Counted from the first letter of the stretch, positions 10,902 through 20,800 are shown. The stretch: DNA of 64,000 nucleotides from an uncultured Pseudomonadota bacterium (GCA_963836235.1 CAWIIP010000004.1:889725-953724); one strand, 5' to 3'. Translations and numbers: made by a program. Notes: a model not told the origin generated them from the sequence alone.

Positions 10902-11204
10902 ATGAGTCCGATATCACGACACGGAAGGAAAACGACTAGAAAAACCGCTGTGGCGATTCAATATGACCGGGAAGTTATGGCAGCTCCGAAGATTGTTGCA
11001 AAAGGTCGAGGCGGAGTTGCTGAACGATTGATAGAGCTGGCTCGAGAAAATAATGTTCCAATTGTGGAAGACAAATTACTGGTGGAAATGTTGGACCAGT
11101 TGAATTTGAATCAAGAAATTCCTGGGGAGTTATATCAAGTGGTTGCCGAAATTTTAGTTGCGGTTTATAAAGCTGAGGCGGGATTGAAAAAAAGGGCTTC
11201 TTGA
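10902..11204 (+). CDS. FlhB C-terminal-fragment-like protein (EscU/YscU/HrcU family, FlhX/YlqH-like)
   Basis: AVAIQYD...APKIVAKGRG..AERLIELARENNVPIVE...LYQVVAEIL aligns with FlhB after the NPTH site. Confidence 0.9.
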   Translation: MSPISRHGRKTTRKTAVAIQYDREVMAAPKIVAKGRGGVAERLIELARENNVPIVEDKLLVEMLDQLNLNQEIPGELYQVVAEILVAVYKAEAGLKKRAS

Positions 11205-11252
11205 TCAATTCAAACGCGTTGGTCATCTAGCGCGAGAAGGGTTATTCTCCAG

Positions 11253-13412
11253 GTGCAAAAAATCTATTTACTTTTAAACTCATTGGTCTTGAAACCCAAA
11301 TTTAAAGGGCGTTGCCTGATTTTGTCTCTAGCGGTTTTTGGGCTGACTGCCCAGAGTATATTTGCCCAAACCACTCCGATATTTGGTCAGCCGTATACTT
11401 TTGGTATTGGCCCTAGAGCGATTGGCATGGGTGGCGCTTTTGTTGCGGTTGCGGATGACGCTTCGGCGGCTTATTGGAATGTTGCGGGATTAGCTCAAAT
11501 ATCGTCTTATGAACTTTCCTTATCTAGCGCGCCGAATTATTTTTATCATAACCAAGATTATATTTCGCCGACTCCTGGTTCACCCGGCAACAGTCGTGGT
11601 TTTGGTTTTCCATGGTACGCTTCTTTGCAGCTGATAATTCCTGTGGCGAAGGATAATACCTTCGGAATATCCTTATTCCGTCCGTATCATACTCAGACGG
11701 ATTTGTTTGCGGGTAATACACTTTATAGCTCCAACCAAACCTCAGAAGGCAGTTATCTTTTGAATCCTACTTTCCAAGAAAGTGTGATCGAACTCTCCTA
11801 TGCTGCTCGTCTCCCGGCAGTTAGAAATTTTTCCGTAGGTATCAATATTAAAAGAGTTACCAATGATCCCTATTACATTGCTTACTTCGGATCAGATCCT
11901 AACCTAATACAACAGTTGACGAATCCCATTCGAGTGATCGGGTACGGAGTTGATTTAGGAATTCTTTATCGTATTCCAATTACAAAATATTCTGAAGAAT
12001 TCCGGATTGGACTTGCCTTAAATAATTTGGTCAGCCGTGTCCAATTTTCTAACGGTTTGTTAATTAGTCCGGGGGATGGTACTCCTGTTTACTTTAATCC
12101 GGGTTCGGGTTCTGAAATCCAAATGCCGCCGCAGATAACTTTGGGAATTGCTTATAAAAATGACTATTTTTTCAAGATCCGCAATATTACGGCTTTTGAT
12201 TTTGACCAGATCTCAGATCCAGATTTTGGTTATACAAACAACAAAATTATGCATTTTGGTACGGAATTTTGGTTTTTTAAAGATGTGGTGGGTATTCGCG
12301 CGGGTTATTCAACTCCCTTAAGCACGCCGGGTAACATTAGCATTGGAGGAAGCGTCCGCGCTTTAGGCGGTGATTTTGAACTGGATGCAGCTTATTTGCA
12401 AGCGGTGAGCCCAACAGCAAATATCGCTCAAGGTTCTCAAATTGGAAACATTGATACTGGCGGCATTAATTATGAACCTTTTTATATCGGAGCGACTTAT
12501 CAATTTGGGGGCGGAGAAGAAATCCCGCCGCCCAAGGTTCGGGCTTTTGTTCGACCGGCAGCCTTTACACCATCTCAAGGAGAAAAAGCGACATTTAGTT
12601 TGGATACGACAGAGGATATTGCTATCAATCGTTGGAGCATTCTTATTTATGATCAAACCAACCATTTGGTTCGAGGATTAAGGGGAAGCGGGTCTCCTCC
12701 GACCAAGCTGCTTTGGGGTGGGGAGAATGAACAATATGAACCGCTTCCACCAGGAGTTTATACTTGGGCGTTTCAAGTTATGGATCAATTGGATCATGTG
12801 GGTTCGACGCCGGTTCAGACGGTTGAAATTTTGGCGCCGTCGGAGGCAGCGGCCGCTAAAGATCCAAGTAAGCTTTTTGCGATTCGGCAACAGCAGGCCA
12901 CACTTTTAGCACAAGAAAGACAGCAATTAACCGCTTTGGCCCAACAAAGCCTTAAACAATTATTGGGAACAGATGAAGTGACACCAACCACTACTACAGC
13001 CAGTGAGAATCCAACGCCTGTCGAAGCTGGAGGAAATACAAACTATCCGGCCTTGGGTCTTGAAGGGGTCAGGAGTTTGACTCCAGGAGAAGGGTTAAAT
13101 AGTCACAAAGAACCAGATACAAATGGGGACTCAATGCTTGTGGTCAGTTACAAATCAAAACTCAATGACGCTAATTATGTTATTCAAGAAGCTGCGGATG
13201 TGATGAAAAATGACATAAAAACAGTGGGAACTAAGGATTTTAAATCGATGTTGATTAATGTATATTATGGCCTGCAGGGAAACGTGCTTTCATTGAAAGC
13301 CAATACGGAGGCAGTCGCAAATTATGAATCGGGAAAAATTGATTTGTTGAGACTTAAAAATTTATCAGAAATCTCTATTAACGGTGTAAAGGTAGGACCG
13401 GATGCTCAATAG
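11253..13412 (+). CDS. PorV/PorQ(UPF0164)-family outer-membrane barrel fused to a FlgD-Ig/CTD-like domain and an unknown C-terminal domain
   Basis: Signal peptide and GIGPRAIGMGGAFVAVADDASAAYWNVAGL. Later FTPSQGEKATF...WSILIYDQTNHLVR...W.G.N...LPPGVYTW. Confidence 0.7.
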   Translation: MQKIYLLLNSLVLKPKFKGRCLILSLAVFGLTAQSIFAQTTPIFGQPYTFGIGPRAIGMGGAFVAVADDASAAYWNVAGLAQISSYELSLSSAPNYFYHNQDYISPTPGSPGNSRGFGFPWYASLQLIIPVAKDNTFGISLFRPYHTQTDLFAGNTLYSSNQTSEGSYLLNPTFQESVIELSYAARLPAVRNFSVGINIKRVTNDPYYIAYFGSDPNLIQQLTNPIRVIGYGVDLGILYRIPITKYSEEFRIGLALNNLVSRVQFSNGLLISPGDGTPVYFNPGSGSEIQMPPQITLGIAYKNDYFFKIRNITAFDFDQISDPDFGYTNNKIMHFGTEFWFFKDVVGIRAGYSTPLSTPGNISIGGSVRALGGDFELDAAYLQAVSPTANIAQGSQIGNIDTGGINYEPFYIGATYQFGGGEEIPPPKVRAFVRPAAFTPSQGEKATFSLDTTEDIAINRWSILIYDQTNHLVRGLRGSGSPPTKLLWGGENEQYEPLPPGVYTWAFQVMDQLDHVGSTPVQTVEILAPSEAAAAKDPSKLFAIRQQQATLLAQERQQLTALAQQSLKQLLGTDEVTPTTTTASENPTPVEAGGNTNYPALGLEGVRSLTPGEGLNSHKEPDTNGDSMLVVSYKSKLNDANYVIQEAADVMKNDIKTVGTKDFKSMLINVYYGLQGNVLSLKANTEAVANYESGKIDLLRLKNLSEISINGVKVGPDAQ

Positions 13413-14964
13413 AATTTTGGCGCTGACCCTTTTCCTTTTTTTTCTGGTTGCTTCTGGATATGGAGCTTTTGACAAAGGGGGGATTACGGGTGAAGGAGCT
13501 AGGCCTATTGGAATGGGAGGGGCTTTTACATCGATTGCTGATTCGGGCGATGCCGTATTTTACAATCCGGCTGGATTGGTTCAAGTCTTAAGGCCTGAAA
13601 TTTCTGGGATGGGTGCGGTTCTTCTTAATGGCAAGGAAGATTTATTTGATTTTTCCTATGTTCAGCCTTTTGGCGATCAATTGGCTTGGGCTTTAGCTAC
13701 TCAACAATTATTATTTTCTGACGGTTCCGAAAATGAAAGGATTTATTACGGAACCTTTGCTGCCCCATTATCTGTTGATAAATCGATATCTTTTGGGATA
13801 AACATTAAACTTTTTGGAGTTGATTCAGCAACCCAGCCGGGCCAACAAGCTAGCGGTACGGGGTTAGATATGGGATTTCTTTATCATCTACCAATATTGG
13901 ACCCCCGTTATGGTAAGCAAATCAACCTAGGATTGTGTGCTCAAGATCTGGACACGAAAATTCGATATCAGGCTGGAAATGAGGACCCTATTGCATTTAG
14001 TGTTAAGGGTGGAACCAGCTATGAATTTAATGACGATTTAGTTGCAGCATGTGAATTTGAAAGTATTGCTGACCCCAATTTGGGTGATCATACGATTCTT
14101 CATACCGGGCTTGAAGGTTGGTTCTTCGAGGATCAATTAGGTCTTCGTACGGGTTATAGCGGTTTTATGACCTTGCCCGGTGCATTTACGGCTGGGATTA
14201 GTTATCGCTCCAAGACTTGGGGAATCGAGTATGCTTATATTGGACATCCTGAGTATCTCGGCGATTCCCATCGAATTTCAGCCAGTTGGAGGTTTGGCGA
14301 TTCCTTTCTTGGAAAAGTTAAAAGTTTTATACCGGAAGGGGTTAACGCTTACGTTGAAGGAGACATTATTACGCTTCGGTGGAATAACTCGCCATCCCTA
14401 TCTTTGTCCGGTTACAACGTTTATTTCAGCAAAACATCGGGCGGGGGGTATTTAAAAATTAACCAGAGAGCCATTAAAGCTAACTACTATTCCTTGAGAG
14501 GGTTAGAAAAAAATACCCATTATTATTTTGTGGTAAGTTCTGTTACGAATACAATTCCGCCCGTTGAAAGCCAATATTCGCAGGAGGTCGTGGCTGGGAC
14601 AACTTCCGCGCCGGGTGCACCAGTTGTCGTACAAAGTGAGGTTCAAAACGAAGGCGTGATTGATATTGCTAAACAAGAAGGAATGGCTGGATGGGGTGAT
14701 CCTGTTAAAAGTGGTTTGAAGGGATACAATATTTATGTTTCCGAAGTTTCTGGCGGAAGATTTGATAAAGTTAATGCCCAGCCGGTTGCAAATGTTCCGA
14801 CGTATATTGTTCGAAAATTAAAAGTAGGCCAGAGATATTATTTCAGCTTTACTTCGGTTTCCAATGATGGAACAGAGAGCGCACACTCTCGAGAAGTTTC
14901 TGCCGTCGCTCTTCCGTACAGTTCTGTAACTCAAACATCAATTCCGAATCAAACTAACCGTTAG
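13402..14964 (+). CDS. PorV/PorQ-family barrel fused to two fibronectin type III domains
   Basis: GARPIGMGGAFTSIADSGDAVFYNPAGL and LGDSHRISASWRF barrel end, then two FN3 repeats (GYNVY...GLEKNTHYYFVV; GYNIY...LKVGQRYYFSF). Confidence 0.75.
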   Translation: MLNRILALTLFLFFLVASGYGAFDKGGITGEGARPIGMGGAFTSIADSGDAVFYNPAGLVQVLRPEISGMGAVLLNGKEDLFDFSYVQPFGDQLAWALATQQLLFSDGSENERIYYGTFAAPLSVDKSISFGINIKLFGVDSATQPGQQASGTGLDMGFLYHLPILDPRYGKQINLGLCAQDLDTKIRYQAGNEDPIAFSVKGGTSYEFNDDLVAACEFESIADPNLGDHTILHTGLEGWFFEDQLGLRTGYSGFMTLPGAFTAGISYRSKTWGIEYAYIGHPEYLGDSHRISASWRFGDSFLGKVKSFIPEGVNAYVEGDIITLRWNNSPSLSLSGYNVYFSKTSGGGYLKINQRAIKANYYSLRGLEKNTHYYFVVSSVTNTIPPVESQYSQEVVAGTTSAPGAPVVVQSEVQNEGVIDIAKQEGMAGWGDPVKSGLKGYNIYVSEVSGGRFDKVNAQPVANVPTYIVRKLKVGQRYYFSFTSVSNDGTESAHSREVSAVALPYSSVTQTSIPNQTNR

Positions 14965-14978
14965 GTAAGGAGCGAAAA

Positions 14979-15764
14979 ATGCCTAGTGGACTTTATATCG
15001 CGGCTTCGGGTATGGATTCAGCCTTGATGAGGCAAAATGTTATTGCGAACAATTTAGCAAATGTTCAAACGGTTGGGTTTAAACAAAATCGAGAAGTCGA
15101 TGTAGCTTTTCCGACTTATCTTATAGCTCGATTGCACGATCAGCGCATTAATGTACTGGATGGGACTGCTGAAATTAGGCCGAATATTGGTGTTATGGGT
15201 GGAGGAGTCATTCCTCAGGAAGTTGCAACGGACTATTCACAGGGTTCACACCTTGAAACCAAAAATCCTTTGGATTTTGCCTTGAATGGTCCTGGCTTTT
15301 TCTCGGTTTTAAATCCGGACGGGAAAACATTATTGACGAGGGATGGAAACTTTAGTTTGGACTCAAATGGTAGGCTTGTAACAAAAGATGGGTTGCCTGT
15401 TTTGGGTCATAATGGTGAGATTTACATCGATGGAAATGAGGTTACGGCGGACCAAGAGGGGAATATAACGGTTGATGGTAAGGCCCTTGACCAGCTGTTG
15501 ACGGTCAAGGTTCAAAACGTTGATCAACTTACAAAGGTCGGCCATTCTTTATTCAAGACAACTCCCAAAACTAAGGTAGACATGGCTCCTGATGGAATAC
15601 AAGTTCAACAAGGTTTTTTGGAACAATCGAACGTGAATTCCATTACAGAGATGGTAAATATGATCGATACTTATCGGTCATATGAACTAAACTCCAGAAT
15701 TATTTCGACTTTTGACCATCTTGGTGAAGAAGCTGCGACTGAAATTGGAACTTTGAGGGTTTAG
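14979..15764 (+). CDS. flgF: Flagellar basal-body rod protein FlgF (FlgF/FlhO-type)
   Basis: GLYIAASGM...IANNLANVQTVGFK, TRDGNF and LEQSNVNSITEMVNMI. Precedes flgG. Confidence 0.85.
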   Translation: MPSGLYIAASGMDSALMRQNVIANNLANVQTVGFKQNREVDVAFPTYLIARLHDQRINVLDGTAEIRPNIGVMGGGVIPQEVATDYSQGSHLETKNPLDFALNGPGFFSVLNPDGKTLLTRDGNFSLDSNGRLVTKDGLPVLGHNGEIYIDGNEVTADQEGNITVDGKALDQLLTVKVQNVDQLTKVGHSLFKTTPKTKVDMAPDGIQVQQGFLEQSNVNSITEMVNMIDTYRSYELNSRIISTFDHLGEEAATEIGTLRV

Positions 15765-15801
15765 TTTAAAATAAGATTTTGATCGTTGAATAAGTGAAGA
15801 A

Positions 15802-15859
15802 AACGGCCGGACTGCTATGCGGGGGCCGTTCCCGACGCCGAATGATTGAGGCGAAGGAA
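15802..15859 (+). ncRNA. Putative cis-regulatory structured leader upstream of flgG (motif shared with the flgE leader)
   Basis: AACGGCC-GGA-CTGC-TAT-GCGG-G-GGCCGTT hairpin, then CGCC-GAATGATTGA-GGCG hairpin. Confidence 0.6.
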
Positions 15860-15906
15860 CAACCGAAAGCTGGATTTTTTCGGCTTTCAAACCTGAGGAG
15901 GCTTTT

Positions 15907-16704
15907 ATGATGCAGTCACTTTATACGGCGGCAACGGGCATGTCTGCCCAGCAGTTGAATCTTGACACAATTTCCAATAACTTGGCAAACGTGAGCACCA
16001 CGGGGTTTAAAGCCCAACGGGTGGATTTCCAAGACTTGGTGTATAAGAATTTGAAGCCAGCCGGGACGCCTACCTCCCCTGAGACAAACACTCCAGACGG
16101 ACTTCAAATTGGTGAGGGTGTTATGCCAATTTCCACAGAGCGTATATTTACCGAGGGTGCAATTCAGAATACCAATAATCCTTTGGACATATTAATTCAG
16201 GGAAACAATGGTTTTTTCCAAGTTACCCTTCCAAATGGGGAAACGGCTTATACTCGGGACGGTTCTTTTACCCAGGATGGTAATGGAAATATTGTTACCG
16301 CTAATGGCTACTTTCTAAACCCCCCAATTCAACTTCCTGCAGAAACTAGCTCAATTCAAATTACTTCTACCGGGCAGGTCATGGTGCAAGCGGGAGGTTC
16401 AACGCAAGCTGTTCAAATCGGTCAATTGGAACTAACTAACTTTGTGAACCCCGGGGGACTTAGTGCGATTGGGAATAATCTTTTTCTGCAAACGCCCGCT
16501 TCGGGAGATCCTATTCAAGGAACTCCAGGTTCAATAGGATTTTCCGCTGTTCAACAAGGTTCTTTGGAAACTTCTAACGTGGATGTGGTGACCGAAATGG
16601 TAAACATGATTGTCGCTCAACGAGCGTATGAAATGAATTCTAAAGCGGTTTCAACGGCGGATACAATGTTGCTTGATCTTGCCGGAATGAAACAATTTCC
16701 CTGA
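15907..16704 (+). CDS. flgG: Distal rod protein FlgG
   Basis: SLYTAATGMSAQQ, FQDLVY, YTRDGSF and LETSNVDVVTEMVNMIVAQRAYEMNSK. Confidence 0.95.
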   Translation: MMQSLYTAATGMSAQQLNLDTISNNLANVSTTGFKAQRVDFQDLVYKNLKPAGTPTSPETNTPDGLQIGEGVMPISTERIFTEGAIQNTNNPLDILIQGNNGFFQVTLPNGETAYTRDGSFTQDGNGNIVTANGYFLNPPIQLPAETSSIQITSTGQVMVQAGGSTQAVQIGQLELTNFVNPGGLSAIGNNLFLQTPASGDPIQGTPGSIGFSAVQQGSLETSNVDVVTEMVNMIVAQRAYEMNSKAVSTADTMLLDLAGMKQFP

Positions 16705-16719
16705 TGATGAATTAGCGGC

Positions 16720-17697
16720 ATGAGACGATTTATATGGTTGACACTTTTGGCCTTCGTTACATTTCCGCTTTATGGGGAAGAAGGTCTTTTAACCATTCAC
16801 GTTTCGGAAAATGCGGCGGTTGTCGGGCCGGGGGTGTCGCTGGGAGAAGTTGCGAAGATTACTGGAAAAAATGAAGCGATGATTGAACGGGTTCGACGCT
16901 TGATTGTGAGTAAGGCGGCTCCTGCGGGGGAACGAATTAAGCTCAGTCAGGGTTACATTAGGGTTGTTTTGCGCCGTGAGGGTTTTTCTCTTGATGACTT
17001 TACTTTTTCGGGTTCGAATTCTACGGAGGTGTTAACTCAAAGCCAAGATTTTTTTCCGGAAGACCTACTTCCCCAAGCGAAGCTATTTATTTTGAAAGAA
17101 ATTAACGAAATCCCTGAAAATGTTGAAGTTCAGCTGGATGGAGTTAATAAAAAAATGCTTTTGCCGGCCGGGAAAATTACGGCGAACTTTCGACCATCAT
17201 TCTCCGGAAAGTATGAGGGAGAAGTTTTATTAACGACAGAATTGGACGTTGATGACCACTTGATAAAAGTATTACCTCTGCGTTTGACGGTGGAACTCAA
17301 TCGTCCGGCGGTGGTAACGACGAAAAGGATTGAAAAAGGGGAAAAATTCAACTCTGAAAATATTGCTTTGGTTCGTGAACCAAGTTCTAAGATAATGCAG
17401 GGGTGTTTTCAACAATTGAGTTATGTTTTGGGGCGAACGGCTTTAATGCCGTTGATTCCAGATACGGTCATCCGGGTTGATGAGATTTTTGATCCACCCG
17501 TTGTCCTTCGAGGCAAAATTATTCAAGCCATAGTTCGACTTGGGAATGTAGAACTTAGCGTGGATGCAAGGGCAATTGAAGATGGTAAAGCTGGGGACAT
17601 AATTCGAATTGAAAATTTGGATTCTCATAAGGTCCTTCGCGCTAAAGTTTTAGATGAAAAAACGGGTTTGATTCAAAACAACGAACCGAAGTATTAG
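16720..17697 (+). CDS. flgA: P-ring formation chaperone FlgA
   Basis: Signal peptide and a SAF-like C-terminus (ARAIEDGKAGDIIRIENLDSHKV). Lies between flgG and flgH. Confidence 0.88.
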   Translation: MRRFIWLTLLAFVTFPLYGEEGLLTIHVSENAAVVGPGVSLGEVAKITGKNEAMIERVRRLIVSKAAPAGERIKLSQGYIRVVLRREGFSLDDFTFSGSNSTEVLTQSQDFFPEDLLPQAKLFILKEINEIPENVEVQLDGVNKKMLLPAGKITANFRPSFSGKYEGEVLLTTELDVDDHLIKVLPLRLTVELNRPAVVTTKRIEKGEKFNSENIALVREPSSKIMQGCFQQLSYVLGRTALMPLIPDTVIRVDEIFDPPVVLRGKIIQAIVRLGNVELSVDARAIEDGKAGDIIRIENLDSHKVLRAKVLDEKTGLIQNNEPKY

Positions 17698-17711
17698 CGG
17701 GGGTTAAATAA

Positions 17712-18326
17712 ATGAAAATTTGTTTTTTGATTTTTATCGGATTTCTTGTTTTAGCGGTAGATCAAGGTTTGCTCGCCGATTCGCTTTATCCGGTTGAGGG
17801 TACGAATTCCATTTATACCGAGAAGAGAGCTCGCCGGGTTGGTGATGTGATTACTGTGATGATTGAAGAAAATACACAAGCTTCACAAGCAGCCGGCAGC
17901 CAATACAACAAAAATGCCAGTGTGGCATTGGGGGCGGGATCCGGTTTTTTGGGTGCGGGCTCGTATGCTGGGGGTGTACTTAATTCCCCCGCCCAGATAG
18001 GTGTTGGTGCCAGTTCCGCAGCTCAAGGACAAGGAACCTCAAGTCGGAGTACGACGGTTACGGGGGAAATGACGGCTAAAATTCTTTCAGTGCTCCCAAA
18101 TGGGAATTACCTTATCGACGGAAGCCGTTATGTTGAAGTTAACGATGAAAAGCAAACAATCGAAGTCACTGGTGAAATAAGGTCGGATGATATTTCAAAA
18201 GAAAACACAGTTTCTTCCCAACGAATAGCGAATGCAAAAATAAAATTTACCGGTACTGGCCCAGCGTCTGAGGTTGCAAAGCCCGGAATATTGACTCGTG
18301 TTTTAAGTTGGCTGGGGCTCTTTTAG
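17712..18326 (+). CDS. flgH: L-ring protein FlgH
   Basis: KRARRVGDVITVMIEE, VLPNGNYLIDG and DISKENTVSSQRIANAKI. Confidence 0.93.
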   Translation: MKICFLIFIGFLVLAVDQGLLADSLYPVEGTNSIYTEKRARRVGDVITVMIEENTQASQAAGSQYNKNASVALGAGSGFLGAGSYAGGVLNSPAQIGVGASSAAQGQGTSSRSTTVTGEMTAKILSVLPNGNYLIDGSRYVEVNDEKQTIEVTGEIRSDDISKENTVSSQRIANAKIKFTGTGPASEVAKPGILTRVLSWLGLF

Positions 18327-18343
18327 ATAGTCTGGAGGAAATT

Positions 18344-19453
18344 ATGGCGGCGAAGAAATTTAAAATTTTAATTATCGTTTTTCTTCTTGGAATCGGAACC
18401 GCACAGTCGGCTCAAGTTCGATTAAAAACCATTGCGACGGTGAAGGGAGTTCGTGAAAATCAGTTAATAGGTTATGGTTTGGTGGTGGGTCTTCAAAGAA
18501 CAGGTGATACACAGCGGGTTGTTTCTACTTTACAAAGCATCACCAACATGTTGATGAACTTTGGAATAAAAATTAGTTCTGACCAGATTAGGACTCAAAA
18601 TGTTGGTGCGGTTATGGTAACGGCCCAATTGGCACCGCTTTTAAAATCAGGAGATAAAATTGATGTTACGGTTTCTTCCATAGGTGATGCCAGAAGTCTT
18701 CAGGGAGGAACGTTGTTAATGACCCCACTTCAAGGTCCCGACGGACAGGTCTATGCCGTAGCTCAAGGACCGCTTGCCGTCGGTGGTTTTTCCGATAATA
18801 CGGGAGAGTTTCCGTTGATCCAGGTGAACCATACAACCGTTGGTCGGGTTCCCAATGGAGCCGCTGTGGAAAGAGAAGTCCCTTCTACATTCGTTGATAA
18901 CGATACTATCTCAATACTTTTAGATCGTCCGGATTTTGGTCAAGCATCTCTGGTCACACAAGCGCTCAACCAGCAATTTGGTGAACAGGTCGCGAAGGCG
19001 GTGGATGGAGGACAGGTGGATGTGAAAGTTCCCTTTAATTATCGTGATAATGTTGTTGACTTTATAGCCGCTGTCGAAGATGCGCCTGTTGCTACGGACT
19101 CTCCTGCCAATAGGGTTGTTGTCAATGAAAAAACTGGAACTGTAGTTCTTGGGCAGGATGTAAGAATTGACGCCGTGGCCATCGCCCATGGGAATCTCCG
19201 GCTAGTGATTAAAAAAACGACTGAAATTACCCATGATGCGGTTTTTGGCCACGATGAGCTTACCCATACAACGACTGTCAGTTCGGATGATACTGATAAA
19301 AAAGGTAATTTAGTGGTCTTGCCAGAAGGAGCAACTTTGATGGATGTGGTTGAAGCGGTCAACGCGGTAGGCGCCACTCCGCGGGACTTGATTTCAATTC
19401 TTCAAGCAGTCAAAGAAGAGGGCGCATTACACGCCGAATTGGATATTCTTTAA
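18344..19453 (+). CDS. flgI: P-ring protein FlgI (start at ATG 18344 after GGAGG)
   Basis: GVRENQLIGYGLVVGL, GDARSLQGGTLLMTPL and GATPRDLISILQA. Confidence 0.96.
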   Translation: MAAKKFKILIIVFLLGIGTAQSAQVRLKTIATVKGVRENQLIGYGLVVGLQRTGDTQRVVSTLQSITNMLMNFGIKISSDQIRTQNVGAVMVTAQLAPLLKSGDKIDVTVSSIGDARSLQGGTLLMTPLQGPDGQVYAVAQGPLAVGGFSDNTGEFPLIQVNHTTVGRVPNGAAVEREVPSTFVDNDTISILLDRPDFGQASLVTQALNQQFGEQVAKAVDGGQVDVKVPFNYRDNVVDFIAAVEDAPVATDSPANRVVVNEKTGTVVLGQDVRIDAVAIAHGNLRLVIKKTTEITHDAVFGHDELTHTTTVSSDDTDKKGNLVVLPEGATLMDVVEAVNAVGATPRDLISILQAVKEEGALHAELDIL

Positions 19454-19471
19454 GATTAAGGGGCTCGAACA

Positions 19472-19942
19472 GTGAATCTTCCAACCCAAGCCATTTCTTT
19501 TTTGCCATTTGGACTTTCTGATCCCTCAAAGACGCTTCCGATGGAGGCGATGCAAAAAGTCTTTTCCCTTCAACCGGATTTGGCTTCGAAAGCGGCCGAT
19601 CAGGTAATATTGGGGCAATCGGGTTTGTCGCATTTAACGAAAAACAGTTCAGCAGCGTCATTAAATCCATTGCACGGAGCACCAACCCACACGGATGACG
19701 AGATTCGGCAAGTATCTAAAAATTTCGAATCTATTTTTTTACAAATGGTTTTTAAAGAAATGAGAAAGTCGGTCCAAAAATCGAATTTATTAGGGAATTC
19801 ACAGGGAATGGAAATTTTCGAGAGTATGTACGATGAAGATTTAACCCAACAGCTTGCTTCCTCTAGAGGGGTTGGGTTGGGACAAATGATTTATCAAAGA
19901 CTGAAGGCTGTTACTGTACCCCATCAAAAAACATTTTCATGA
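19472..19942 (+). CDS. flgJ: FlgJ rod-binding domain protein (no muramidase domain)
   Basis: FESIFLQMVFKEMRKSV...GVGLGQMIYQRL. Follows flgI. Confidence 0.85.
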   Translation: MNLPTQAISFLPFGLSDPSKTLPMEAMQKVFSLQPDLASKAADQVILGQSGLSHLTKNSSAASLNPLHGAPTHTDDEIRQVSKNFESIFLQMVFKEMRKSVQKSNLLGNSQGMEIFESMYDEDLTQQLASSRGVGLGQMIYQRLKAVTVPHQKTFS

Positions 19943-20370
19943 GTTTGGCGAATTGTTCGCGTTGTGGAAAGGTTTTTTCGTTTCTCCCAGGCAGTAGGGA
20001 TGTTTGTCAGTCCTGTATCAAAGAAGAAGATGATAACTACTTAAAAATTTTTCACTTCCTTTCGACCCGCCCCAGCGCAACTGCTTCCGAAATTTCCCAA
20101 GCTACTGAAGTCGATATCAAAGAAATTTATCGCTATGTTCGCGAGAACCGCCTGCGATTAGTCAAAATCGATACTGGTTTATGTTGTGAAAGCTGTGGCA
20201 TCCCTATTTCCCAAGGAAAAATTTGTGACGAATGTCGTCAAAAGCTTTCGAACGAAATGAAAGGAGAAATTGACAAAATTAAACAATATAAATCAAAACA
20301 AACTCTCTCAAACAAGTCACCTAGGGATCCAAAATACTTGAAGGATAGGCGTCGAAAGGATAAAGGCTGA
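19939..20370 (+). CDS. Flagellar operon zinc-ribbon protein (YvyF/TIGR03826-like)
   Basis: LANCSRCGKVF..C..C, an HTH-like middle and a second CxxC..CxxC. Upstream of flgM. Confidence 0.8.
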   Translation: MSLANCSRCGKVFSFLPGSRDVCQSCIKEEDDNYLKIFHFLSTRPSATASEISQATEVDIKEIYRYVRENRLRLVKIDTGLCCESCGIPISQGKICDECRQKLSNEMKGEIDKIKQYKSKQTLSNKSPRDPKYLKDRRRKDKG

Positions 20371-20454
20371 TAAAATTGGGTTTTTTCTCGTTTTTGGCAA
20401 AAAAGGGCTTATACATAAGCTTTGGAGCTTTATTCCATTCCCATCAATTTGGCC

Positions 20455-20481
20455 TAAAGTTTTAACGGGTTAAACCGTTAG
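20455..20481 (+). promoter_or_regulatory. Sigma28-type promoter of flgM
   Basis: TAAA(GTTT)-N15-ACCGTTAG versus consensus TAAA-N15-GCCGATAA. Near-identical to the site at 26942. Confidence 0.75.
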
Positions 20482-20509
20482 GTTCTTTAGAAAAATAAAG
20501 GAGTTTGCC

Positions 20510-20800
20510 ATGCGTATCGATGGATTTCAGAATATTCCAGCTGTTCTTCAGTCTTTTAAGAATGACAAACAACTTAAATCAAATCTGGATAGTGAAACGA
20601 GCCCGTCTTCTTCTGTTTCTTTGAGTTCTTTCGCGGAAGTACTCCAGTCTTTGCAACGAGATTCGGCTCAAGCGGCCAAAACTAGAAGTGCGAGAGTGGA
20701 TCAACTAGCCCAGCAAGAACAAACTGGAAAACTTTCTGTTGATTTACAGAAATTGGCATCTAGTTTGGTTAGTTCACAAGTGATTGATACCAAAGGATGA
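20510..20800 (+). CDS. flgM: Anti-sigma28 factor FlgM
   Basis: MRIDG start, SVSLS and RSARVDQL...GKLSVD..KLASSL. Sits in yvyF-flgM-flgN-flgK order. Confidence 0.75.
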   Translation: MRIDGFQNIPAVLQSFKNDKQLKSNLDSETSPSSSVSLSSFAEVLQSLQRDSAQAAKTRSARVDQLAQQEQTGKLSVDLQKLASSLVSSQVIDTKG

